A DNA stretch of 63,311 nucleotides, the filler included, from Piptocephalis cylindrospora (lineage: Eukaryota), in the NCBI GenBank assembly GCA_003614145.1. It is 13 parts of 13 records of this genome, joined end to end, with 100 filler letters (N's around TTAATTAATTAA, not from the genome) between each part and the next. Parts side by side here need not be neighbours in the genome. Positions count along the whole stretch, not along the records: positions 1 to 4,818 come from KZ988469.1; positions 4,919 to 9,731 come from KZ988471.1; positions 9,832 to 14,528 come from KZ988472.1; 10 more parts are not named here. One strand, written 5' to 3'. The notes under the pieces were generated by a model. It did no database searches, was not told where the DNA came from, and was given only the letters and a program-made list of their open reading frames with translations. A program made the translations under genes and the position numbers. Positions 1-12,006 of the stretch are shown piece by piece; positions within the stretch are counted from its first letter, which is position 1; the number at the start of each line of letters is the position of its first letter.

Positions 1-778
1 AGCCCAGATCGGGGATGGAAGAGGAGGGCCTATCAATAGGGGAGGTATTGGATGGACGGGGTGAGGTGGGGCTCTCACAGGATTGGCCCGGGATAATATG
101 GGAATTTGCAGCACTATTGATCTGGATGTTCATACGAAGGCCTCCCCCGAGGCTCCCACCCCTCCTGGATGCTGGAGAATGTCCTTTTCCAGGATAACTG
201 GGCTTAGGGGCGGGGATGGGTGAGGGAGAGGAAGAGGAGGAGGAGGAGGAGGGAGAAGAGGAGGAAGAGGAGGGTCGTGGGGGTGGAGAAAGGGAGCCTT
301 CATATTTACTAGATGTTGACACCAAATTATCCCCTCCTTGAGAGACCCAAGGGGCAAATTTTCTACATGAACAATGGATTTCTGAGTCAAAAATGATGCT
401 ACAGCCCTTCAGTCGTGAAGAAAAAACGAACGTACCGATAACCATCCTCGATCTGTCGACCCAGATTCTCCGCACACGGAATCCACTTGTTACCGGAACT
501 CTGCTGAAACCATAGGGTTCGACGAACTTCAAAGACGGTACCCTTCCAGTACATGGGCTGGATGCGTCGGTTGCGAACGTCGACCTCAAAGAGATGATCT
601 TCATTGACAGGGACCATGGGGAAACGAACGGCATCAGAGGCATCTCCACCACGGGAGACGCGCAATTCGGCCTCCTCGGCCAGCTGATAAGCCTCCTCCA
701 GGGCCTGGGAATCCCTTAGGGAAAAGGGGACCCATATCTGGGGGGTCTTGGCTTGAACAAGAGGACCCTCCTCATACT
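1..778 (-). CDS. DDHD-family (PA-preferring) phospholipase A1, N-terminal region, partial; exons ~778-436 and 362-1
   Basis: Motifs WVPFS..DSQALEEAY, VPVNEDHLFEVDV, PMYWKG..FEVRR..WF, PCAENL..QIEDGY|RKFAPW resemble the N-terminal part of fungal DDHD/Ddl1-type lipases. GTACGT..TAG intron at 435-363. 5' end is missing and the 3' end runs off the window. Confidence 0.75.
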
Positions 779-1582
779 GAAGATCCCTCCAACGTGGACC
801 ATTCAATGGCCCATAATTCCAGGAAAGGATCAAAGGTCGTAGGTTGGACTGCCCAGGGGGACTCCTTTGTTGTCTATGAACCAAACACCTTTGAGAGAAC
901 CCTTCTCCCCAGATACTTTCGTCATGCCAATTTGGCCTCCTTCGTTCGTCAATTGAACAAATATGACTTTCATAAAGTTCGCGTTTCCTCCTCTTCCTCG
1001 ACCGCCGCCGCCCCTGCTCCGACATCCATTACTTCCACCGTTCACTCCCCCGATGCCTCCCGTCCTAGTCTGGCCACCTTTAATACCCGTCTCTTCCCCA
1101 AGCCCTTTGGGGATCAGGGCTGGGAGTATTGGCACAGTCAATTCATCCGTCATCGTCCAGAGCTCTTAGTTCATATCCGGGTAGGTCCTTCCAGGGTATT
1201 GGAACTGACGGGGAGCGTGAATCATTGAGTCTCTTCCTAATCACACTAATACCTTCGCTACCTCACCAGAGGAAAGGAACAATTCATCGACGCACAGGGG
1301 AGCAAGAAGGTCCAAAACCCACCCAAAATCACCCTTCTCCCTCTCATTTCCAGGTTCATCAGGCCAGAGAGATTCATCATCTGCAGGAGCAGCTTCGTCA
1401 ACAGCATGATCGGTATGGGAATTTGGCCAGGGCCTATCATTCCCTAGAAGAGTCCAACGCCTCTCTTTCTCGATCTCTTACGAACTCCCGTGGTATTTTC
1501 CATGCCCAATCGTCCTTATTCACTGAGGCCATGGATCTATTGAATCAGCTCAACTCTATGGGCCCTCCTCATCCTCAAAAAG
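779..1582 (+). CDS. HSF-type DNA-binding domain plus coiled coil (Skn7/Hsf-like transcription factor), 5'-truncated; intron 1181-1269
   Basis: EDPS...VGWTAQGDSFVV..PNTFERTLLPRYFRHANLASFVRQLNKYDFHKV...WEYWHSQFIR..PELLVHIR|RK is the HSF domain signature, followed by a heptad-rich segment. The first HSF helix is absent. Confidence 0.85.
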
Positions 1583-2672
1583 GTAAGATTCCGGTTATGA
1601 ATATATCTTGAGAGAAAGAGAGAGAGAAGGGATGGATTGTGAGTGATGGTGTGGATCTGGACGCCATCCTCCTTCCCTTTTTATAAGGTGGACGACCAGC
1701 AGCCTCTAGAAGTGGGAGTTGGTGTACCACCCCTCTCCCCTCCCCTTCTATAATGACGCACATAATACCCACCTTCTTCGAGCACGAGGAAAGGAGAAGA
1801 GCTAGGCTCTAAAGGGCCTCCTACTCATCTATTGTGGAGGCGTTGAACCCATCTTGCCCCATACTGAGAAAAGGGCAGAGGGATCCCTGTGCCGTGGAAA
1901 GATCAAGGGATAGGGATGATCATGGTATGATCGGGCCAATCATCCTGGTCTCTTGTATCCCTTTCCTTCCTGGGAGAAAGAGAGAGGAAGAGAATTGAGC
2001 GGACGAGAAAGAAGGAGAAAAGGAGGACGAGGGAAGGATGATGTGGAGGAAGGGGAGAAAGGAAGAAGGGAAATGAGTGGTGTTATCCTTTCTTCCTCTC
2101 ATTGGGATTCATTTGATTCTTGCGAAAGCGGGCGCTATTGCCCTACTTCATCCAGTATCTCATCGGCGGAGCCCTTGTACTTGGTCTCACTCCTCACACT
2201 GTCCTCCCTCCCCCATACATGGATCAATGTGGAGACGTACGGTGATGTAGTGCACTTGCACCTTCATTCCCCTTTCGTCCATTCCCTCATCCCAGTAGGT
2301 TGGAAAGCCATTCTCTCTCTCTCTCTGTGTATGTGTATGTGTGTATGTGTCGGTCTCTGTTCAGCACACATCTCCCCGCATCGCTCCTTTCTATTCGTCA
2401 TCCCATCTGGATACGTCTCCTCTTCCATCATAGGCCTGCGTAGCCGATTGTCGGAGTTGCTTCCCATGACTTTTCTCATCGATCCCCCCGTCTTTCCCTA
2501 CTTACTAAATCGGGAACCGGAGTTTTCATTGGAATTGATCTTATCCAGGTTGGTTGGAGATCTGTCCTTACCTTTCTCATTATTTATCCTTCTCTATTCT
2601 TCTCCTCTCTGTCCAGAAACTCCTCTTTCCCCTTCACATGCTAACATATTCCTCGTATCCCTCTCCCCTTAG

Positions 2673-4429
2673 GTGTCCATAGATCGATCTCGGACAAGAT
2701 GCGATCTCTCATGGATAGACATCAATCGATTGAGAAGGATAAAATGATCTGTCTCGGTGAGTCCACCCTCTCGGGGGATGTCTCTAATGAGCGTCATGGT
2801 GCATCCAGGCCCCGTCGTACAAGCATGATTTATCGCCCTCCACCACACCATCAGCGGCATGCAAGTGGAAGTACCACGGCCTCAATCATGGTCAAGCCCT
2901 CTTCCATAGACCATCCCCCCTCTACCCTTCCCCTTCATGACCCTCGACCTGGATCTCGTGCCATGGATCGTAGTGGGAGCAATACTCACCCTCCCCCTCC
3001 CCATCCACATGCCCCTCCCCACCAGGCTTCTCATCCCTTTAACCCTCCCACCATGTCCCATCGGACTACCTCTTCCTCTTTGACTTTGGCCTCTCAAGCC
3101 GCCCTGCCTCCTCCAGGTTGGTCGGGCCCCATGCCCCCCCGTCAAAGGTCCTCCCATCCTACTCATCCCTCGATGTCACAGGGTCCCTTGTGGATGGGCG
3201 CCATGGATGGGTCAGTCCCACTCCCTACGGAGGATCCCCTGGCCCAAGGCATGCCTAATACCCTCTCGGAGAACGCTCATCCTCATCCACCTCCCAATCT
3301 CATCTCCTATCCCTCCACTACCCCCCTTCCTCAGGGACCTGGAAATGACCCGTGGTCGCATATAAACCTGCCCATGCCCCCATTTCCCCCTTTCCCTGGA
3401 TGGGTGGACATGGGCTCCCAAGGTACATTACATTCCGTTACCACGGGGCCTTCTTCTTGCGATCCCGCCTTGACCGCACCCTCTAGCTCGAGTTCCCTTC
3501 AGGCCCCTCTGGTACTCCCTGTACTTCCCAACGATCCAGATAACCCCATTACTCGGAGGGGTCCCGAAGGTCTTCCCTGGATCCTAAATGCAGGAGCCTC
3601 CTCCTCCTCTCCCCCCCCTTCCTCCCAAGGCCGTGTTTCTCCTTCCGCTTCCCTTTCCACATGGACTAGATCTCCAAGGGTATTCCTGATGGGTTTCGAA
3701 TCCTCTGGTCGTAAGGGCCTACTTCAAGACGGCTTTGGAAGATTTGGTGCCATAATGACCCAAATAGGAGACCCCAACACGGATTTGATCCTTGTTGATG
3801 TAGGTCCTAATGTTTTTTGTATTTCACTCTCTCACCCTCTCTTAATGACTCATCCATCTCATCCTTTCCATTAGGGTCCTTGGATGATCCGTGAAAATGT
3901 GGAATGGAAGGACCTTACCAGGTTGCTTCAAGGAGGTAGATCCTCTCCATCCTCATGCCATATTGTTCTTCTTCTCCCCTCGCATCCCTCGGATCCCTCT
4001 CTCGATCCTCACTTGGCTCCGCTTACGCGTCTTCCCGCTTCGGGCTGTGAGAGATTCCCCGAGTCTTCGGGCCAGCATCAACATCTTCTTACTCATTACT
4101 GCTCACATCTCCTTTACTCTTCCATTGGATCTCCTGCCCCATTTACCCCTTCATCATCCTCTTCCGGTATTCCTCCCTTAGGAGGCGGTCATCGATCCAT
4201 CCCCAGCAGCCATGGTCCCTTCATTTCCCCATCCACCTCCATGGAGGCGACTGGAAGCATTGGGGCCGGCGGAGCCTCCTTGAGCATGCCCTCCCACCCG
4301 TCCTTCTCCACACCAACGCCAACTCCTCATCCCCCTGTTATCACCTCCACCATCCCTAGGACTAGGTCATCCAAGAGACCCAGATCCCAGGCTCAAGAGG
4401 GTGTTCAGACTACCCCCTACGGATTTTAA
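2673..4429 (+). CDS. Pro/Ser-rich protein with a degenerate response-regulator receiver-like segment; possibly the 3' part of the HSF/Skn7-like gene; intron 3800-3874
   Basis: Long open frames 2699-3799 and 3875-4429 splice in frame. The segment PRVFLMG...DLILVD|GP...HIVLLL...HLLTHYCSHL echoes the Skn7 receiver domain. Connecting exons in 1583-2672 were not resolved. Confidence 0.5.
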
Positions 4430-4818
4430 TCTTCCCTCCTACCTGGCCCATGTATCTTCCCTAGGATATCGGGGTCGTATCCCTCCTTGACGTTTCTACC
4501 GCTACTTTCATTCATGTGAGGTTCCATAGGAAGAGTGGAGTATTGTTGGGGGAGGGTTCTAGTGTAAGATGAGACAATCCTGTAAAATGGGTGTCCTTTG
4601 TACAATGGGTCTCTCTCTCTCTCTCCCGCTTTCTCGCTCTCTCTAGGTGTCTTCAATGGAAATACATACCAGCTACCTTGCCCTATACCCCAATCCTATT
4701 CTTTCTGTTGTTAGATGGTACATTTCAGAAAGATGATTTTCAATCAGAGATAGCCCATGAAAGATACAATCATTATTGTACGCGAGCAAAAACTCAAATC
4801 ACACCCCTTCTCTCATCA

Positions 4819-4918
4819 NNNNNNNNNNNNNNNNNNNNNNNNNNNNNNNNNNNNNNNNNNNNTTAATTAATTAANNNNNNNNNNNNNNNNNNNNNNNNNN
4901 NNNNNNNNNNNNNNNNNN
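4819..4918. other. Artificial contig spacer (N44-TTAATTAATTAA-N44). Identical spacers start at 9732, 14529, 19432, 24324, 29212, 34097, 38977, 43855, 48724, 53588 and 58451
   Basis: Identical 100-bp structure with six-frame stops. Genes are cut at each spacer. Confidence 0.99.
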
Positions 4919-5414
4919 AGACATCTCAAAATGTACATGGGTTTCCGACAGGGGGATCAGTGCTTTGGCGGAAAAGTGTACGGAGCTGGAGTGGCTCGAT
5001 GCCAGTGGAATCGACTTTAATTCCGAGGTAGGCTTCCGCTTCCGGCACATCCTCCCACCCTCCGACATCTCTGATGCTTCAGTCAGCCTTATTGTCGAGC
5101 GTTGTCGAAACCTCCGTCTGCTCAACCTGAGTAATTGTGCCCGCCTTACCGACTCCACCATCCTCGCGATCGCCGAGCACTGTCTCAACCTCAAGAGTCT
5201 CACTATATCGGGCTGTCGTCGCATCACTACCACTAGTATCATGCGTCTGGGTTCCGATCGTATCGGGTGGGTAGGCATGTCCCCCTGTCCCAATGTCAGC
5301 TTCCCCGAGGTGTGCAAAACGGCCAATTGGAAAGTTATCAATACCTCCGAGGTTCCGCAGTTCCATCTACAACTTATGGGTGGCCAAAGCTGGGATGATG
5401 TTGGTACGGCCTAA
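4919..5414 (+). CDS. Leucine-rich repeat (F-box/LRR, cysteine-containing subtype) protein, C-terminal part
   Basis: Repeats such as CRNLRLLNLSNCARLTDSTILAIAEHCLNLKSLTISGCRRIT. Confidence 0.8.
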
Positions 5415-6812
5415 GCATAGGGCCTCCTAGAGAGACTATAGGGAGAAGGGATGAATGTATGTCTCGTTGTGCTTTTATATATGCTACTATTTTACTTCTA
5501 CTAGTAGTACACCCATTCTATTATCCCCAGGTGGGATAGGTTGATGGATGTTAGAACGCAATATCCGCCTACTATACTGCTACCCTCTTGTGTGCAGGTT
5601 CTCAATCGCTCTTGGGTACCTTAACATGGAAAATCAAAATAGAATGAGCGCTCCTTCGAGAAACAACACAAAGGTGTTTAAGCAATTGTACTATCAAATA
5701 ATTTTTGCCCTTGTGGCTTTGATCCTTAACCCTAATCCTAAAGCCTTCTAGTCCTTTGTATTATTTTGATTAAAAATTATTTTATAATAAAGATCCATCC
5801 CCCATCCCATACCTGCATATCTCTAGGCCCATATCTCGCGCCTCATGTATAATAAAATACACATCACAACCACCTCTTCATTTTCCTCACTTGAGACAGT
5901 AGTTTGGGGCAGTAGTTAGGAATCCATGGATAAAAAAATATATCAATATACACACTATCATATGGGAGAAGAACCAAGATTACGTGGGTCAAATAGGGCA
6001 TGATACATGATCTCATGTGCCCAATGAGTCAGGAACAGGGCAGTATGTCTAGGGGACCTACAAAAGATCTAGTCAGCATCAGCCTAGGGGTTATCCGTTG
6101 GGCGGGAATGAAATGCCCAGGGTCCAGTGAGGGGTGAGAATGATGACTGAGTCCGGGCTGACTAACCGGACCAGCACATGCTTGCTTACTTAACGGCAGG
6201 GCAAGTGCGAGCGGATTCGCCCTAGTCGAATCATCCTCAGCCACACATATCACTTTCTGGTGAGACATAGCGAGGGGAGGCTGGAGGCAGAAACTCCCTA
6301 CAGTGTGTGGAAAGCCACTGGAAGGGAGATAATGTGTGAGTGGGAGAGGAGTATGGCTGATTGCACGCGTAGTGCGTGCTGTGTGGCCCCACAGCCTCGT
6401 CAGAAGAAGGTGGGGTCGAGGATGAGGCGGCATCCTCACACTATGGCCCATAAGAAGGCAAGTTATGGTGGTTAAGGGTCGGGACCGTTCCTAGCCGAGT
6501 TTGACTACTCCTCAATCCCCCTCTTCCTTTCTTTCTCCATCCTACCTCCATCCCATTTTACAAATCCCCCCCCCTCCTCTCCACTATTTTTCCTTCTCCC
6601 TTCCTTGTGTGGTCATCCTCGGATTCACTTCACCTTCTTGCTCACACTTTATTCGCGAGACTCTTTGTCTCTTTACCCCTCATCATCAGCTTTTCCTCTC
6701 CACGCGCCCCTTCTTTTCATCCCTGACCACTTATCCGCACAAGGTTATCAACTTATAAAAGATAGCTCTATCCTTCTCACACACACCGAGAAGTTTCTTT
6801 CGTTTGAGTATT

Positions 6813-7870
6813 ATGGTAAGCGTCTCAAATAGGAGCGGTCCTAGTTCTACGTCATCTCATCCCCTCCTCTTCAATGGCAATAGAGCCCGATCAGTGCTAC
6901 TAGAATGGATGAAATGAATGAATCAAGCCCCTCGAGGAGCCCGAGCACCGTCCCCTCCTCTCCCCCCACCTCCTTCCTTCTATGTAACACGCCTAAGGGC
7001 GAGTGCCAGACGCCAGACTCCACATCTTCGTGTGAAGTCCAGGGGTTTGAGGACCTGGTGACGTGCCAGGTGTCCGCGCGGATCCCTTCGGCACACGGAA
7101 CATTTCGCCTCCTCCTCTACCGATCTGCCACCGCAATCCCTGGCACGGCGGACCACCTAGCCATTGTATATGGAGATGACATCCAATCTGTCTCCCTATC
7201 TCAGGCTCGACCCGATGACACGGATTTCACCCGACGCGCCCGTGGTGCCCTTCCCTCCCCGCCATCCCTTACGCCCGATATGGCAGATACCACTACTGAT
7301 TCCTCCCCCCCTCTGGTCAGGATCCACTCAGAGTGCCTCACTGGTGAGGTCCTGGGGAGCCAGAGATGTGATTGTGGGGAGCAGCTGGAGACGGCCATGG
7401 AGGCCTTGCGATCCGCTGGTAGGGGCGTCATTGTCTATTTAAGGCAGGAGGGAAGGGGTATTGGACTGCTGGATAAGCTACGCGCCTACAACCTCCAGGA
7501 TGAGGGTCTGGACACGGTAAATGCCAATTTGGCCCTTGGTCATCCCGCTGATGCCCGATCCTACACGGTGGCTACCACCATCCTTCGGGACTTGTCGTTG
7601 AATTCGGGTGTCTCCCTGTTGACCAACAACCCAGATAAGATGGAACAGCTCGAGGCTGATGGGATCCGCGTCGTCTCCCGTGTCGCCATGGTCCCCCGAA
7701 CTTGGTCTCTCCCTTCTACCCCCCAGAATGGGAAGCATCCTCAGCCCCCTCAGCTCAAGGAGATGGATGCCTACCTACGTACCAAGATTGAGAGGATGAG
7801 GCATCTCTTGGACCTTCCTGTGTCTCTTCAGCATGCCATAACTGGGCAGGCCAATGACCTCATCCCCTAA
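6813..7870 (+). CDS. RIB1: GTP cyclohydrolase II (riboflavin biosynthesis); exons 6813-6815 (ATG only) and 6884-7870
   Basis: Motifs LVRIHSECLTGE..GSQRCDCGEQL, YLRQEGRGIGL..KLRAYNLQD, LLTNNPDK. An intron GTAAGC(6816)..TAG(6883) joins the ATG in frame. Confidence 0.95.
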
Positions 7871-8208
7871 ACCTATCTCTGTCGTGTGGGTCGTTTCCCA
7901 TCTTTTTCTGTGCAATAAAAAGCTATCCATTTACCGTCATATATATATATATCTTCTTGTATGGCACAGTTCCCTAATTATTCTCTTTGAGCATTGCTAG
8001 AGTTTCGTACTTACCACTGGTCCAAGTATACATGCATACGATCGCTTCATCCGACCACGACCAGGCTGTTGAAGAGGGGCCATGGCGAGTTGGCCTCATC
8101 TTGCATACTGACCATTGTATTATCCAACTGGAGCATTCTCGCCTCCCCCTTTCCCTTCCTCTCGTCTTCTTCTTTTAATAGCACTAATACGTATACGAAC
8201 GATGGTTG

Positions 8209-9144
8209 CTACACGGCCAAAACCTCTTGGGTGGGAGGATGAGATCGATGGTTTAACCAGCTGAGAAAGGTGTTCCAGAGGATTCCCACGGCTCCAACAA
8301 AGGGAACGCGATAAAAGAGAGGGACGTAGCGAAAGTTGATGAGTTGTACGGCTGGCCAAACGGCCCAGTTAGCCAGGAGGCCGTGGGAAAAATTATCCCG
8401 GATCTTCCGACGGACCCCGTTAAGATCATGGCCCTCAAAGAGGCCCATAGCTGTGAAGAAGACGAGCAAGCCAAAGGGGGCATAGATCAGTTGGTCTGCC
8501 GCGACCCGCTTTAACACTTGAGTCCACATCCCTGGAAGGGCCACGGATGTCCCATTGGTCTTCCCCATGTTCGGGGAATGGAGACCTGGAAGGGGGAAGG
8601 AGCGATCAAGAAGGGTGAACCATGTATGGACCAGAGGGGTCATGGCCATGCCATACAGGGCAAATCGAATGGTGCGTCGAGGATCCACACCCGAGGACGG
8701 GGTGTATACATGAGAAGAGATGGAGGGTGAGGGGGAGCCATCAGGGCTCATCCGACCTAGTTGAATCACTTCATCGTCTGAGGCCACTGGGGGTGAGAAA
8801 GATACTTCTCGATTCAGCTGGTCCATCCGGATTGCCTCGCCACGGGGGGATAAGCTAGGTGAAGACTCTGAATTCCTCGAGTGGATCACGACCACCTCGC
8901 CCGAGTGGGGCTCAATGGCCTCTCGATCCTCTGGATCGGGTGAGTAAACCTCCTGCCCCGTACCTTCATCTCCTTCAGGAATAGGCTGAAGTCGACGGTA
9001 TCCCGAGGATTTTTCTAGATTCTGGGCGAGGATATCCGATGTGGCGGCCAAGAGCCCATTGATGCCCATGAGCACCAGAAGCGGATGTCGAGTGGACAAA
9101 TCTTTGTACCCAGAGATGATTCTTGCAGAGAATGACGGGGCCAT
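8209..9144 (-). CDS. Mpv17/PMP22 family membrane protein (Sym1-like)
   Basis: SDILAQ, RRTIRFALYG, KRVAADQLIYAP, NWAVWPAVQLINFRYVP..YRVPFV..V.ILWNTFLS. Confidence 0.92.
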   Translation of the reverse strand: MAPSFSARIISGYKDLSTRHPLLVLMGINGLLAATSDILAQNLEKSSGYRRLQPIPEGDEGTGQEVYSPDPEDREAIEPHSGEVVVIHSRNSESSPSLSPRGEAIRMDQLNREVSFSPPVASDDEVIQLGRMSPDGSPSPSISSHVYTPSSGVDPRRTIRFALYGMAMTPLVHTWFTLLDRSFPLPGLHSPNMGKTNGTSVALPGMWTQVLKRVAADQLIYAPFGLLVFFTAMGLFEGHDLNGVRRKIRDNFSHGLLANWAVWPAVQLINFRYVPLFYRVPFVGAVGILWNTFLSWLNHRSHPPTQEVLAV

Positions 9145-9581
9145 GGGCAAGATAAAGTTGATCAGAAAGAACGGCAGTGAGTATACTTTTGGCTAGTTAT
9201 ACGTGGGAATAGAGGATGGATGGAAAAGAAGAAAGATCCTTTCTTTTCGTATCTCCAACAGACCTGAAGATTGCTTGAATGGTTGATGGCTTGCGAATGA
9301 TGAAACCTTGTCAAATCGACATTCATAGCCCAACGATGACCGGGGATGGGGAAAAGAGCAGTGTGCCAGAATATGGTTTCTTATCGATGTGTCCTTAAGG
9401 AAAGGGGAACGGTGGGGTGGGACAGTCCAATCTCACCCTGTACGGATAAGGTAGACACACATTGTGCATGTGAGAAAGTCAATGATGTCAGTAACGCACA
9501 TAAACACATCATTGGGCGTTCAGCCTATATCGTTGAAAATGCTCATACACGCTGTATTTATTCCTTCTTCAGTCAATCCAT

Positions 9582-9731
9582 TGTTGGGTAGCGCCTACTA
9601 TGCACAAAGGAGTGCTTATCATGACCCCGTCCCTCCCTTAACCATGCACTACAAAGGGCAAGGACACCCTTGAGCCCCATGCAACATTATCCTTATTCTA
9701 CATGAGAACTTCAGCCCGATCCTTGTTCAAG
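9582..9731 (+). mobile_element. Terminus of a dispersed repeat, LTR-like (starts TGTTGGG), copy 1
   Basis: 150 bp identical to the reverse complement of 43955-44104. Identity starts sharply at TGTTG and runs to the contig end. Confidence 0.6.
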
Positions 9732-9898
9732 NNNNNNNNNNNNNNNNNNNNNNNNNNNNNNNNNNNNNNNNNNNNTTAATTAATTAANNNNNNNNNNNNN
9801 NNNNNNNNNNNNNNNNNNNNNNNNNNNNNNNCCCCATATACTCATCGCTCTCTCAACTTCCCACCGCTCCCTCCTACCCCCCCCCCCCCTTCTTACCA

Positions 9899-10344
9899 GC
9901 GGGCTTATGCGATTGGGAAAAACCCTTCAGGCTGTATCCGAGGTCAATGACTCCCAGTCTATCGAGGATCTCGCCCTCCTCGGGGATCACTTGACTCAGC
10001 AAGCTGAAATGGCCAAGAGAGCCAAGGAAACCCTGACCCTGCGGGAACAATTGGCTCAAAACCTACGTTCAGCAACCCAGACCACAGAGAAGCGCCGGGC
10101 CAACCTGGACCGTCTACGGTCGGGCACACGGCCTGAGCGAGTGCCCGGGGCCATTGCTGAATTAGAGGAGGCACAACGATATGAGCAATATGCAGCGGAT
10201 CAGCTGACCAAGGCCACCACGGCCCTACGAGAAGATCTTCCCTTCTATTCCCGGACATGTGCTCAGGAGATGCGTCGGGGATTTCGGGAGTATGCCATGG
10301 CCCAGCTCCAAAGGGAACGGGCCAAGCTACGTATCTTGGGCTAA
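9899..10344 (+). CDS. VPS17: Retromer sorting nexin Vps17-like BAR domain, last exon
   Basis: RLGKTLQ..LGDHL..AKETLTLR..AIAELEEA..FREYAMAQLQRERAKL matches the pattern of the Vps17 C-terminus. Confidence 0.7.
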
Positions 10345-10624
10345 GGGGTGCATGAGTCCCCTAGTAGGAAAGAGGAGAGGGCGAATGTGAGAATGTATCC
10401 ATTACGAGTACTTTTTTTTAATCCTTCTTTTCACCTTTCCTGTGCAATATTAGCCTGTCCTCTATGATCAGAGGAAAGGATGACGAAAGGGACAAACCAT
10501 TCTACGCTTTTTGAATTGTAAGGCACGCCAAACTTACAAGATTGCAGTAGTAGATAAGGCACTTGCACCAAACCTCTCCTCCTCTCCACTCCCCCCCCTC
10601 ACATACACTTGCCCAGCAGCCTAC

Positions 10625-11509
10625 ATGCCAAGGCTCCTTAGACCCTCGTTTAACGTCCGAGCCTTACGTCGTCTCCTTCCTCCCTGTGGGTATGACGTGC
10701 ACGGGGCAAGGGCCGAGTGGCGTTGGTTACGGGAGTGGGCCGAAGCGTCCGTGGCCCCCGCCCTAGTTCGCCCCACCCTAGAGAGGGCCCTTTGGGAACG
10801 GGCCCGACTACGCAAGCCCCTCCAGTATATCCTGGGCACCCAACCATTTGGGGATCTTGAACTCCTAACCCGACCCCCCACCCTAATCCCCCGGTGGGAG
10901 ACGGAGGAATGGGTGCTACGTCTAGCTGGGCTTATCTCCTCGACCTCCCCTTCTGGCCCCCCACTACGCATCCTAGACTTGTGTACAGGGACGGGCTGTA
11001 TTGCCCTTGGATTGGCGGCGCATTGTCCATCGGGTCAAGTTCAGGTCTGGGGCGTAGATGTGGCCGAATCGGCCATCCTTCTTGCCCGAGAGAATGCCAA
11101 GAAGATGCATCCTCTTCTACGGGGGAATTCCGTTCACTTTCAACTCGGTGACCTCAATGATCCCTCCAGCCTTCCCCAAGGCCCCTTTGACCTCATCGTC
11201 TCCAATCCCCCTTATGTAACCCAGGAAGATTGGGCGGGTCTGGAGCCCGAGGTTCGGGTCTGGGAGGATTCACGAGCCCTCGTCGCTGACCATGCTGGTC
11301 TACAGTGTCACCAAGCTATCGCCTCTCTGGCCGCCTCCCATCTCCTTCACATCCCCCACCCAGGCCCTCGCACCCTCCCCCGATTACTCATGGAATGTGG
11401 AGAAGGGCAAGGAAAGGTCATCCAGGACATCCTTAACTCCGTTAAATTTTCCCGGACCGATATTTGGCTGGATCTTGCCGGGAGCGACCGGGTTGTGGTG
11501 GCCTACTGA
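10625..11509 (+). CDS. MTQ1: HemK/PrmC-family release factor glutamine methyltransferase (mitochondrial Mtq1-like)
   Basis: PLQYILGTQPFG, LIPRWETEEW, ILDLCTGTGCI, IVSNPPY. Confidence 0.9.
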   Translation: MPRLLRPSFNVRALRRLLPPCGYDVHGARAEWRWLREWAEASVAPALVRPTLERALWERARLRKPLQYILGTQPFGDLELLTRPPTLIPRWETEEWVLRLAGLISSTSPSGPPLRILDLCTGTGCIALGLAAHCPSGQVQVWGVDVAESAILLARENAKKMHPLLRGNSVHFQLGDLNDPSSLPQGPFDLIVSNPPYVTQEDWAGLEPEVRVWEDSRALVADHAGLQCHQAIASLAASHLLHIPHPGPRTLPRLLMECGEGQGKVIQDILNSVKFSRTDIWLDLAGSDRVVVAY

Positions 11510-12006
11510 GGGAAGGATAAGATCGTCGTGTATCTGATCAATGTGTCCTAGGATACACACTTCCCCTCCTCTCATTTCACCTCACCCTATGCATATCGTC
11601 AATTCCTGCTAAGCTTCACCTGTACCACGTACTATTCATCCACTCTAAAATATCACCCTTGCAAAAATTATATCTAATTTCCGCCCAATTTTGATCTCCG
11701 CTAATATTGAATTAGCTGGGGAAGGGTCGTGTCGGAGATGATACTCCTGTCCAATGTCCGCATATACAGGGTCCTTTCCTTGTGCCATAGGAAGGTGGTG
11801 AAGTGAAGAAGGGCTTTATTTCTCCTCGTTTCCCCTCTCTCTCTGTCGATCCTTCGGCCAAGGCCCAGAAGTATGCCCTCAAGTCTTGTCCCATCCCTCC
11901 ACTTTGCCTCCCCTCAGACCGGCCCTTGCTTCACGAATTCCCCTCATTGCCACGGGCAACCCCATCACGACTTTTCTTGGGTGTCCTCCCTCCTCCACCA
12001 AGGTCA

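Noticed and set aside
779..1025. Long antisense overlap of the DDHD ORF (399-1025) with the HSF ORF as true bidirectional coding
   Set aside because: Minus-strand sequence right of ~778 has no DDHD similarity. It is simply the open antisense of the HSF exon.
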